A DNA stretch of 64,000 bases from the human T2T-CHM13v2.0 reference genome, Homo sapiens: the NCBI RefSeq assembly GCF_009914755.1, contig NC_060944.1. The stretch is one strand, 5' to 3'. Shown here in pieces: positions 38,501-50,635 of this stretch. The translations under genes were made by a program, and so were the position numbers. The first letter of the stretch is position 1. Each line of letters opens with the position of its first letter. The notes beneath the pieces were generated by a model. It saw only the letters and a list, made by a program, of their open reading frames with translations, searched no databases and was not told the origin of the DNA.

Positions 38501-41500
38501 TCTTTTTGTGGAATATGCAAGTGGGTATTAGGCCAGCTTGGAGGATTTCGTTGGAAACGGGAATACGTATAAAAAGCAGACAGCAGCATTGTCAGAAACT
38601 ACTTTGTGATGTTTGCATTCAAGTCACAGAATTGAACACTCCCTTTCACAGAGCAGGTTTGAAACACTCTTTTTGTAGTGTCTGTAAGTGAACATTTGGA
38701 TTGCTTTCAGGCCTAAGGTGAAAAAGGAAATATCTTCCCATAAAAACTAGACAGAAGCATTCTCAGAAACTTGTTTGTGATGTGTGCCCTCTACTGACAG
38801 AGTTGAACCTTTCTTTGCAAAGAGCAGTTTTGAAACACTCTTTTTGTAGAATCTGCAAGAGGATATTTGGATAGCTTTGAGGATTTCTTGGGAAACGGGA
38901 ATGTCTTCAGATAAACTCTAGACAGAAGCATTCTCAGAAACTTCTTTGGGATGTTTCAATTGAAGTCACAGTGTTGAACATTCCCTTTCACAGAGCAGGT
39001 TTGAAACACTCTTTTTGTAGTGTCTATAAGTGAACATTTGGCGTGCTTTCAGGCCTAACGTGAAAAAGGAAATATCTTCCCATAAAAACTAGACAGAAGC
39101 ATTCTCAGAAACTTGTTCTTGATGTGTCCCCTCTACTGACAGAGTTGAACCTTTCTTTGCAAAGAGCAGCTTTGAAACACTCTTTTTGTAGAATCTGCAA
39201 GAGGATATTTGGATAGCTTGGAGGATTTCGTTGGAAACGGGTATGTCTTCAGATAAACTCTAGACAGAAGCATTCTCAGAAACTTCTTTGGGATGTTGCA
39301 TTCAAGTCACAGAGTAGAACATTCCCATTCATAGAGCAGATTTGAAACACTCTTTTTGTAGTATCTGGAAGTGGACATTTGGAGCGCTTTCAGGCCTATG
39401 TTGAAAAAGGAAATATCTTCCCATAAAAACTAGACGGAAGCATTCTCAGAAACTTATTTGTGATGTGTTTGCTCAACTAACAGGATTGAACCATCGTTTT
39501 GAAGGAGCAGTTTTGAAACACTGTTTTCGTGGAATCTGCAAGTGGATATTTGGCTAGCTTTGAGGATTTCGTTGGAAACGGGATTACATATAAAAAGGAG
39601 ACAGCAGCATTCTCAGAAACTTCTTTGTGATGTCTGCATTCAATTCACAGAGTTGAGCATTCCCTTTCATAGAGCAGGTTGGAAACACCCTTTTTGTAGT
39701 ATCTGGATGAGGACATTTGGAGCGCTTTCAGGCGTATGGTGAAAAAGGAAATATCTTCCCGTAAAAACTAGACAGAAGCATTCTCAGAAGTTTATTTGTG
39801 ATGTGTGCCCTCAACTAACAGAGTTGAACCTTTCTTTTGATAGAGCAGTTTTGAAACACTCTTTTTGTAAAATCTGCAAGAGGATATTTGGATAGCTTTG
39901 AGGATTTCGTTGCAAACGGGAATGGCTTCATATAAACTCTAGACAGAAGCATTCTCAGAAACTTCGTTGGGATGTTTCGATTGAAGTCCCAGTGTTGAAC
40001 ATTCCCTTTTATAGAGCAGGTTGGAAACACTCTTTCTGCATTCCCTGGAAGTGGACATTTGGAGCGCTTTCAGGACGACGGTGAAAATGGAAATATCTTC
40101 CAAGAAAATCTAGATAGAAGCAATGTCAGAAACTTTTATGTGATGGATCTACTCAGCTAACAGAGTTGAACCTTTCTTTTGAGAGAGCAGTTTTGCAACA
40201 CTCTTTTTGTGGAATATGCAAGTGGATATTAGGGCAGCTTTGAGGATTTCGTTGGAAACGGGAATACATGTAAAAAGCAGACAGCAGCATTCTCAGAAAC
40301 TTCTTTGTGATGTTTGCATTGAAGTCACAGAGTTGAACATTCCCTTTGAGAGAGCAGGTTTGAAACACGCCTTTTGTCATATCTGGAAGTGTCCATTCGG
40401 AGCGCATTCAGGCTTGTGTTGAAAAAGGAAATATCCTCCCATAAAAACTAGACAGAAGCATTCTCAGAAACTTATCTGTGATGTATGTACTCAACTAACA
40501 GAACTAAACCATCGTTTTGAAGGAGCAGTTTTGAAACACTCTTTTTGCGGAATCTGCAAGTGGATATTTGGCTAGCTGGGAGGATTTCGTTGGAAACGGG
40601 ATTACATACAAAAAGCAGACAGCAGCATTCTCAGAAACTTCTTTGTGATGTTTGCATTCAAGTCACAGAGTTGAACATTCCCTTTCATAGAGCAGGTTTG
40701 AAACACTCTTTTTGTAGTATCTGGATGTGGACATTTGGATCGCTTTCAGGCCTATGGTGAAAAAGGAAATATCTTCCCATGAAAACTAGACAGAAGCATT
40801 CTCAGAAACTTATTTGTGATGTGTGCCCTCAACTGACAGTGTTGAACCTTTGTTTTGATAGAGCAGTTCTGAAACACACTTTTTGTAAAATCTGCAAGAG
40901 GATATTTGGATAGCTTTGAGGATTTCGTTGGAAACGGGAATGTCTTCATGTAAACTCTAGACAGAAGCATTCTCAGAAACTGCTTTGGGATGTTTCAATT
41001 GAAGTCCCAGTGTTGAACATTCCCTTTCATAGAGCAGGTTTGAAACACTCTTTTTGTACTATCTGGAAGTGGACATTTGGAGCGCTTTCAGGTCTACGGT
41101 GAAAAAGGAGATATCTTCCAATAAAAACTAGATAGAAGCAATGTCAGAACTTTTTTCATGATGTATCTACTCAGCAAACAGAGTTGAACCTTTCTTTTGA
41201 GAGAGCAGTTTTGAAACACTCTTTTTGTGGAATATGCAAGTGGGTATTAGGCCAGCTTGGAGGATTTCGTTGGAAACGGGAATACGTATAAAAAGCAGAC
41301 AGCAGCATTGTCAGAAACTACTTTGTGATGTTTGCATTCAAGTCACAGAATTGAACACTCCCTTTCACAGAGCAGGTTTGAAACACTCTTTTTGTAGTGT
41401 CTGTAAGTGAACATTTGGATTGCTTTCAGGCCTAAGGTGAAAAAGGAAATATCTTCCCATAAAAACTAGACAGAAGCATTCTCAGAAACTTGTTTGTGAT

Positions 41501-44500
41501 GTGTGCCCTCTACTGACAGAGTTGAAGCTTTCTTTGCAAAGAGCAGTTTTGAAACACTCTTTTTGTAGAATCTGCAAGAGGATATTTGGATAGCTTTGAG
41601 GATTTCTTGGGAAACGGGAATGTCTTCAGATAAACTCTAGACAGAAGCATTCTCAGAAACTTCTTTGGGATGTTTCAATTGAAGTCACAGTGTTGAACAT
41701 TCCCTTTCACAGAGCAGGTTTGAAACACTCTTTTTGTAGTGTCTATAAGTGAACATTTGGCGTGCTTTCAGGCCTAACGTGAAAAAGGAAATATCTTCCC
41801 ATAAAAACTAGACAGAAGCATTCTCAGAAACTTGTTCTTGATGTGTCCCCTCTACTGACAGAGTTGAACCTTTCTTTGCAAAGAGCAGCTTTGAAACACT
41901 CTTTTTGTAGAATCTGCAAGAGGATATTTGGATAGCTTGGAGGATTTCGTTGGAAACGGGTATGTCTTCAGATAAACTCTAGACAGAAGCATTCTCAGAA
42001 ACTTCTTTGGGATGTTGCATTCAAGTCACAGAGTAGAACATTCCCATTCATAGAGCAGATTTGAAACACTCTTTTTGTAGTATCTGGAAGTGGACATTTG
42101 GAGCGCTTTCAGGCCTATGTTGAAAAAGGAAATATCTTCCCATAAAAACTAGACGGAAGCATTCTCAGAAACTTATTTGTGATGTGTTTGCTCAACTAAC
42201 AGGATTGAACCATCGTTTTGAAGGAGCAGTTTTGAAACACTGTTTTCGTGGAATCTGCAAGTGGATATTTGGCTAGCTTTGAGGATTTCGTTGGAAACGG
42301 GATTACATATAAAAAGGAGACAGCAGCATTCTCAGAAACTTCTTTGTGATGTCTGCATTCAATTCACAGAGTTGAGCATTCCCTTTCATAGAGCAGGTTG
42401 GAAACACTCTTTTTGTAGTATCTGGATGAGGACATTTGGAGCGCTTTCAGGCGTATGGTGAAACAGGAAATATCTTCCCGTAAAAACTAGACAGAAGCAT
42501 TCTCAGAAGTTTATTTGTGATGTGTGCCCTCAACTAACAGAGTTGAACCTTTCTTTTGATAGAGCAGTTTTGAAACACTCTTTTTGTAAAATCTGCAAGA
42601 GGATATTTGGATAGCTTTGAGGATTTCGTTGCAAACGGGAATGGCTTCATATAAACTCTAGACAGAAGCATTCTCAGAAACTTCGTTGGGATGTTTCGAT
42701 TGAAGTCCCAGTGTTGAACATTCCCTTTTATAGAGCAGGTTGGAAACACTCTTTCTGCATTCCCTGGAAGTGGACATTTGGAGCGCTTTCAGGACGACGG
42801 TGAAAATGGAAATATCTTACAAGAAAATCTAGATAGAAGCAATGTCAGAAACTTTTATGTGATGGATCTACTCAGCTAACAGAGTTGAACCTTTCTTTTG
42901 AGAGAGCAGTTTTGCAACACTCTTTTTGTGGAATATGCAAGTGGATATTAGGGCAGCTTTGAGGATTTCGTTGGAAACGGGAATACATGTAAAAAGCAGA
43001 CAGCAGCATTCTCAGAAACTTCTTTGTGATGTTTGCTTTGAAGTCACAGAGTTGAACATTCCCTTTGAGAGAGCAGGTTTGAAACACGCCTTTTGTCATA
43101 TCTGGAAGTGTCCATTCGGAGCGCATTCAGGCTTGTGTTGAAAAAGGAAATATCCTCCCATAAAAACTAGACAGAAGCATTCTCAGAAACTTATCTGTGA
43201 TGTATGTACTCAACTAACAGAACTAAACCATCGTTTTGAAGGAGCAGTTTTGAAACACTCTTTTTGCGGAATCTGCAAGTGGATATTTGGCTAGCTGGGA
43301 GGATTTCGTTGGAAACGGGATTACATACAAAAAGCAGAGAGCAGCATTCTCAGAAACTTCTTTGTGATGTTTGCATTCAAGTCACAGAGTTGAACATTCC
43401 CTTTCATAGAGCAGGTTTGAAACACTCTTTTTGTAGTATCTGGATGTGGACATTTGGATCGCTTTCAGGCCTATGGTGAAAAAGGAAATATCTTCCCATG
43501 AAGACTAGACAGAAGCATTCTCAGAAACTTATTTGTGATGTGTGCCCTCAACTGACAGTGTTGAACCTTTGTTTTGATAGAGCAGTTCTGAAACACACTT
43601 TTTGTAAAATCTGCAAGAGGATATTTGGATAGCTTTGAGGATTTCGTTGGAAACGGGAATGTCTTCATGTAAACTCTAGACAGAAGCATTCTCAGAAACT
43701 GCTTTGGGATGTTTCAATTGAAGTCCCAGTGTTGAACATTCCCTTTCATAGAGCAGGTTTGAAACACTCTTTTTGTACTATCTGGAAGTGGACATTTGGA
43801 GCGCTTTCAGGTCTACGGTGAAAAAGGAGATATCTTCCAATAAAAACTAGATAGAAGCAATGTCAGAACTTTTTTCATGATGTATCTACTCAGCAAACAG
43901 AGTTGAACCTTTCTTTTGAGAGAGCAGTTTTGAAACACTCTTTTTGTGGAATATGCAAGTGGGTATTAGGCCAGCTTGGAGGATTTCGTTGGAAACGGGA
44001 ATACGTATAAAAAGCAGACAGCAGCATTGTCAGAAACTACTTTGTGATGTTTGCATTCAAGTCACAGAATTGAACACTCCCTTTCACAGAGCAGGTTTGA
44101 AACACTCTTTTTGTAGTGTCTGTAAGTGAACATTTGGATTGCTTTCAGGCCTAAGGTGAAAAAGGAAATATCTTCCCATAAAAACTAGACAGAAGCATTC
44201 TCAGAAACTTGTTTGTGATGTGTGCCCTCTACTGACAGAGTTGAAGCTTTCTTTGCAAAGAGCAGTTTTGAAACACTCTTTTTGTAGAATCTGCAAGAGG
44301 ATATTTGGATAGCTTTGAGGATTTCTTGGGAAACGGGAATGTCTTCAGATAAACTCTAGACAGAAGCATTCTCAGAAACTTCTTTGGGATGTTTCAATTG
44401 AAGTCACAGTGTTGAACATTCCCTTTCACAGAGCAGGTTTGAAACACTCTTTTTGTAGTGTCTATAAGTGAACATTTTTCGTGCTTTCAGGCCTAACGTG

Positions 44501-45539
44501 AAAAAGGAAATATCTTCCCATAAAAACTAGACAGAAGCATTCTCAGAAACTTGTTCTTGATGTGTCCCCTCTACTGACAGAGTTGAACCTTTCTTTGCAA
44601 AGAGCAGCTTTGAAACACTCTTTTTGTAGAATCTGCAAGAGGATATTTGGATAGCTTGGAGGATTTCGTTGGAAACGGGTATGTCTTCAGATAAACTCTA
44701 GACAGAAGCATTCTCAGAAACTTCTTTGGGATGTTGCATTCAAGTCACAGAGTAGAACATTCCCATTCATAGAGCAGATTTGAAACACTCTTTTTGTAGT
44801 ATCTGGAAGTGGACATTTGGAGCGCTTTCAGGCCTATGTTGAAAAAGGAAATATCTTCCCATAAAAACTAGACGGAAGCATTCTCAGAAACTTATTTGTG
44901 ATGTGTTTGCTCAACTAACAGGATTGAACCATCGTTTTGAAGGAGCAGTTTTGAAACACTGTTTTCGTGGAATCTGCAAGTGGATATTTGGCTAGCTTTG
45001 AGGATTTCGTTGGAAACGGGATTACATATAAAAAGGAGACAGCAGCATTCTCAGAAACTTCTTTGTGATGTCTGCATTCAATTCACAGAGTTGAGCATTC
45101 CCTTTCATAGAGCAGGTTGGAAACACTCTTTTTGTAGTATCTGGATGAGGACATTTGGAGCGCTTTCAGGCGTATGGTGAAAAAGGAAATATCTTCCCGT
45201 AAAAACTAGACAGAAGCATTCTCAGAAGTTTATTTGTGATGTGTGCCCTCAACTAACAGAGTTGAACCTTTCTTTTGATAGAGCAGTTTTGAAACACTCT
45301 TTTTGTAAAATCTGCAAGAGGATATTTGGATAGCTTTGAGGATTTCGTTGCAAACGGGAATGGCTTCATATAAACTCTAGACAGAAGCATTCTCAGAAAC
45401 TTCGTTGGGATGTTTCGATTGAAGTCCCAGTGTTGAACATTCCCTTTTATAGAGCAGGTTGGAAACACTCTTTCTGCATTCCCTGGAAGTGGACATTTGG
45501 AGCGCTTTCAGGACGACGGTGAAAATGGAAATATCTTCC
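26507..45539 (+). repeat. HOR copies 11-17, full-length 16-mers
   Basis: Seven 2719-bp periods. Confidence 0.96.
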
Positions 45540-47916
45540 AAGAAAATCTAGATAGAAGCAATGTCAGAAACTTTTATGTGATGGATCTACTCAGCTAACA
45601 GAGTTGAACCTTTCTTTTGAGAGAGCAGTTTTGCAACACTCTTTTTGTGGAATATGCAAGTGGATATTAGGGCAGCTTTGAGGATTTCGTTGGAAACGGG
45701 AATACATGTAAAAAGCAGACAGCAGCATTCTCAGAAACTTCTTTGTGATGTTTGCATTGAAGTCACAGAGTTGAACATTCCCTTTGAGAGAGCAGGTTTG
45801 AAACACGCCTTTTGTCATATCTGGAAGTGTCCATTCGGAGCGCATTCAGGCTTGTGTTGAAAAAGGAAATATCCTCCCATAAAAACTAGACAGAAGCATT
45901 CTCAGAAACTTATCTGTGATGTATGTACTCAACTAACAGAACTAAACCATCGTTTTGAAGGAGCAGTTTTGAAACACTCTTTATGCGGAATCTGCAAGTG
46001 GATATTTGGCTAGCTGGGAGGATTTCGTTCGAAACGGGATTACATACAAAAAGCAGACAGCAGCATTCTCAGAAACTTCTTTGTGATGTTTGCATTCAAG
46101 TCACAGAGTTGAACATTCCCTTTCATAGAGCAGGTTTGAAACACTCTTTTTGTAGTATCTGGATGTGGACATTTGGATCGCTTTCAGGCCTATGGTGAAA
46201 AAGGAAATATCTTCCCATGAAAACTAGACAGAAGCATTCTCAGAAACTTATTTGTGATGTGTGCCCTCAACTGACAGTGTTGAACCTTTGTTTTGATAGA
46301 GCAGTTCTGAAACACACTTTTTGTAAAATCTGCAAGAGGATATTTGGATAGCTTTGAGGATTTCGTTGGAAACGGGAATGTCTTCATGTAAACTCTAGAC
46401 AGAAGCATTCTCAGAAACTGCTTTGGGATGTTTCAATTGAAGTCCCAGTGTTGAACATTCCCATTCATAGAGCAGGTTTGAAACACTCTTTTTGTACTAT
46501 CTGGAAGTGGACATTTGGAGCGCTTTCAGGTCTACGGTGAAAAAGGAGATATCTTCCAATAAAAACTAGATAGAAGCAATGTCAGAACTTTTTTCATGAT
46601 GTATCTACTCAGCAAACAGAGTTGAACCTTTCTTTTGAGAGAGCAGTTTTGAAACACTCTTTTTGTGGAATATGCAAGTGGGTATTAGGCCAGCTTGGAG
46701 GATTTCGTTGGAAACGGGAATACGTATAAAAAGCAGACAGCAGCATTGTCAGAAACTACTTTGTGATGTTTGCATTCAAGTCACAGAATTGAACACTCCC
46801 TTTCACAGAGCAGGTTTGAAACACTCTTTTTGTAGTGTCTGTAAGTGAACATTTGGATTGCTTTCAGGCCTAAGGTGAAAAAGGAAATATCTTCCCATAA
46901 AAACTAGACAGAAGCATTCTCAGAAACTTGTTTGTGATGTGTGCCCTCTACTGACAGAGTTGAACCTTTCTTTGCAAAGAGCAGTTTTGAAACACTCTTT
47001 TTGTAGAATCTGCAAGAGGATATTTGGATAGCTTTGAGGATTTCTTGGGAAACGGGAATGTCTTCAGATAAACTCTAGACAGAAGCATTCTCAGAAACTT
47101 CTTTGGGATGTTTCAATTGAAGTCACAGTGTTGAACATTCCCTTTCACAGAGCAGGTTTGAAACACTCTTTTTGTAGTGTCTATAAGTGAACATTTGGCG
47201 TGCTTTCAGGCCTAACGTGAAAAAGGAAATATCTTCCCATAAAAACTAGACAGAAGCATTCTCAGAAACTTGTTCGTGATGTGTGCCCTCTACTGACAGA
47301 GTTGAACCTTTCTTTGCAAAGAGCAGCTTTGAAACACACTTTTTGTAGAATCTGCAAGAGGATATTTGGATAGCTTGGAGGATTTCGTTGGAAACGGGTA
47401 TGTCTTCAGATAAACTCTAGACAGAAGCATTCTCAGAAACTTCTTTGGGATGTTGCATTCAAGTCACAGAGTAGAACATTCCCATTCATAGAGCAGATTT
47501 GAAACACTCTTTTTGTAGTATCTGGAAGTGGACATTTGGAGCGCTTTCAGGCCTATGTTGAAAAAGGAAATATCTTCCCATAAAAACTAGACGGAAGCAT
47601 TCTCAGAAACTTATTTGTGATGTGTTTGCTCAACTAACAGGATTGAACCATCGTTTTGAAGGAGCAGTTTTGAAACACTGTTTTCGTGGAATCTGCAAGT
47701 GGATATTTGGCTAGCTTTGAGGATTTCGTTGGAAACGGGATTACATATAAAAAGGAGACAGCAGCATTCTCAGAAACTTCTTTGTGATGTCTGCATTCAA
47801 TTCACAGAGTTGAGCATTCCCTTTCATAGAGCAGGTTGGAAACAGTCTTTCTGCATTCCCTGGAAGTGGACATTTGGAGCGCTTTCAGGACGACGGTGAA
47901 AATGGAAATATCTTCC
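45540..47916 (+). repeat. 14-mer HOR variant (copy 18), 2377 bp
   Basis: Same M14/M16 junction, at 47826-47850, with a private C>G at 47845. Confidence 0.96.
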
Positions 47917-50635
47917 AAGAAAATCTAGATAGAAGCAACGTCAGAAACTTTTATGTGATGGATCTACTCAGCTAACAGAGTTGAACCTTTCTTTTGAGAG
48001 AGCAGTTTTGCAACACTCTTTTTGTGGAATATGCAAGTGGATATTAGGGCAGCTTTGAGGATTTCGTTGGAAACGGGAATACATGTAAAAAGCAGACAGC
48101 AGCATTCTCAGAAACTTCTTTGTGATGTTTGCATTGAAGTCACAGAGTTGAACATTCCCTTTGAGAGAGCAGGTTTGAAACACGCCTTTTGTCATATCTG
48201 GAAGTGTCCATTCGGAGCGCATTCAGGCTTGTGTTGAAAAAGGAAATATCCTCCCATAAAAACTAGACAGAAGCATTCTCAGAAACTTATCTGTGATGTA
48301 TGTACTCAACTAACAGAACTAAACCATCGTTTTGAAGGAGCAGTTTTGAAACACTCTTTTTGCGGAATCTGCAAGTGGATATTTGGCTAGCTGGGAGGAT
48401 TTCGTTGGAAACGGGATTACATACAAAAAGCAGAGAGCAGCATTCTCAGAAACTTCTTTGTGATGTTTGCATTCAAGTCACAGAGTTGAACATTCCCTTT
48501 CATAGAGCAGGTTTGAAACACTCTTTTTGTAGTATCTGGATGTGGACATTTGGATCGCTTTCAGGCCTATGGTGAAAAAGGAAATATCTTCCCATGAAAA
48601 CTAGACAGAAGCATTCTCAGAAACTTATTTGTGATGTGTGCCCTCAACTGACAGTGTTGAACCTTTGTTTTGATAGAGCAGTTCTGAAACACACTTTTTG
48701 TAAAATCTGCAAGAGGATATTTGGATAGCTTTGAGGATTTCGTTGGAAACGGGAATGTCTTCATGTAAACTCTAGACAGAAGCATTCTCAGAAACTGCTT
48801 TGGGATGTTTCAATTGAAGTCCCAGTGTTGAACATTCCCATTCATAGAGCAGGTTTGAAACACTCTTTTTGTACTATCTGGAAGTGGACATTTGGAGCGC
48901 TTTCAGGTCTACGGTGAAAAAGGAGATATCTTCCAATAAAAACTAGATAGAAGCAATGTCAGAACTTTTTTCATGATGTATCTACTCAGCAAACAGAGTT
49001 GAACCTTTCTTTTGAGAGAGCAGTTTTGAAACACTCTTTTTGTGGAATATGCAAGTGGGTATTAGGCCAGCTTGGAGGATTTCGTTGGAAACGGGAATAC
49101 GTATAAAAAGCAGACAGCAGCATTGTCAGAAACTACTTTGTGATGTTTGCATTCAAGTCACAGAATTGAACACTCCCTTTCACAGAGCAGGTTTGAAACA
49201 CTCTTTTTGTAGTGTCTGTAAGTGAACATTTGGATTGCTTTCAGGCCTAAGGTGAAAAAGGAAATATCTTCCCATAAAAACTAGACAGAAGCATTCTCAG
49301 AAACTTGTTTGTGATGTGTGCCCTCTACTGACAGAGTTGAACCTTTCTTTGCAAAGAGCAGTTTTGAAACACTCTTTTTGTAGAATCTGCAAGAGGATAT
49401 TTGGATAGCTTTGAGGATTTCTTGGGAAACGGGAATGTCTTCAGATAAACTCTAGACAGAAGCATTCTCAGAAACTTCTTTGGGATGTTTCAATTGAAGT
49501 CACAGTGTTGAACATTCCCTTTCACAGAGCAGGTTTGAAACACTCTTTTTGTAGTGTCTATAAGTGAACATTTGGCGTGCTTTCAGGCCTAACGTGAAAA
49601 AGGAAATATCTTCCCATAAAAACTAGACAGAAGCATTCTCAGAAACTTGTTCGTGATGTGTGCCCTCTACTGACAGAGTTGAACCTTTCTTTGCAAAGAG
49701 CAGCTTTGAAACACACTTTTTGTAGAATCTGCAAGAGGATATTTGGATAGCTTGGAGGATTTCGTTGGAAACGGGTATGTCTTCAGATAAACTCTAGACA
49801 GAAGCATTCTCAGAAACTTCTTTGGGATGTTGCATTCAAGTCACAGAGTAGAACATTCCCATTCATAGAGCAGATTTGAAACACTCTTTTTGTAGTATCT
49901 GGAAGTGGACATTTGGAGCGCTTTCAGGCCTATGTTGAAAAAGGAAATATCTTCCCATAAAAACTAGACGGAAGCATTCTCAGAAACTTATTTGTGATGT
50001 GTTTGCTCAACTAACAGGATTGAACCATCGTTTTGAAGGAGCAGTTTTGAAACACTGTTTTCGTGGAATCTGCAAGTGGATATTTGGCTAGCTTTGAGGA
50101 TTTCGTTGGAAACGGGATTACATATAAAAAGGAGACAGCAGCATTCTCAGAAACTTCTTTGTGATGTCTGCATTCAATTCACAGAGTTGAGCATTCCCTT
50201 TCATAGAGCAGGTTGGAAACACTCTTTTTGTAGTATCTGGATGAGGACATTTGGAGCGCTTTCAGGCGTATGGTGAAAAAGGAAATATCTTCCCGTAAAA
50301 ACTAGACAGAAGCATTCTCAGAAGTTTATTTGTGATGTGTGCCCTCAACTAACAGAGTTGAACCTTTCTTTTGATAGAGCAGTTTTGAAACACTCTTTTT
50401 GTAAAATCTGCAAGAGGATATTTGGATAGCTTTGAGGATTTCGTTGCAAACGGGAATGGCTTCATATAAACTCTAGACAGAAGCATTCTCAGAAACTTCG
50501 TTGGGATGTTTCGATTGAAGTCCCAGTGTTGAACATTCCCTTTTATAGAGCAGGTTGGAAACACTCTTTCTGCATTCCCTGGAAGTGGACATTTGGAGCG
50601 CTTTCAGGACGACGGTGAAAATGGAAATATCTTCC
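47917..50635 (+). repeat. HOR copy 19, 16-mer
   Basis: 2719-bp period. Confidence 0.95.

Noticed and set aside
44478-44479. Singleton variants such as GG>TT here and those at 345, 2211, 3433, 3513, 6278, 19252, 30484, 33956 and 37140
   Set aside because: Isolated private changes that cannot be distinguished from ordinary mutation or consensus error without reads.
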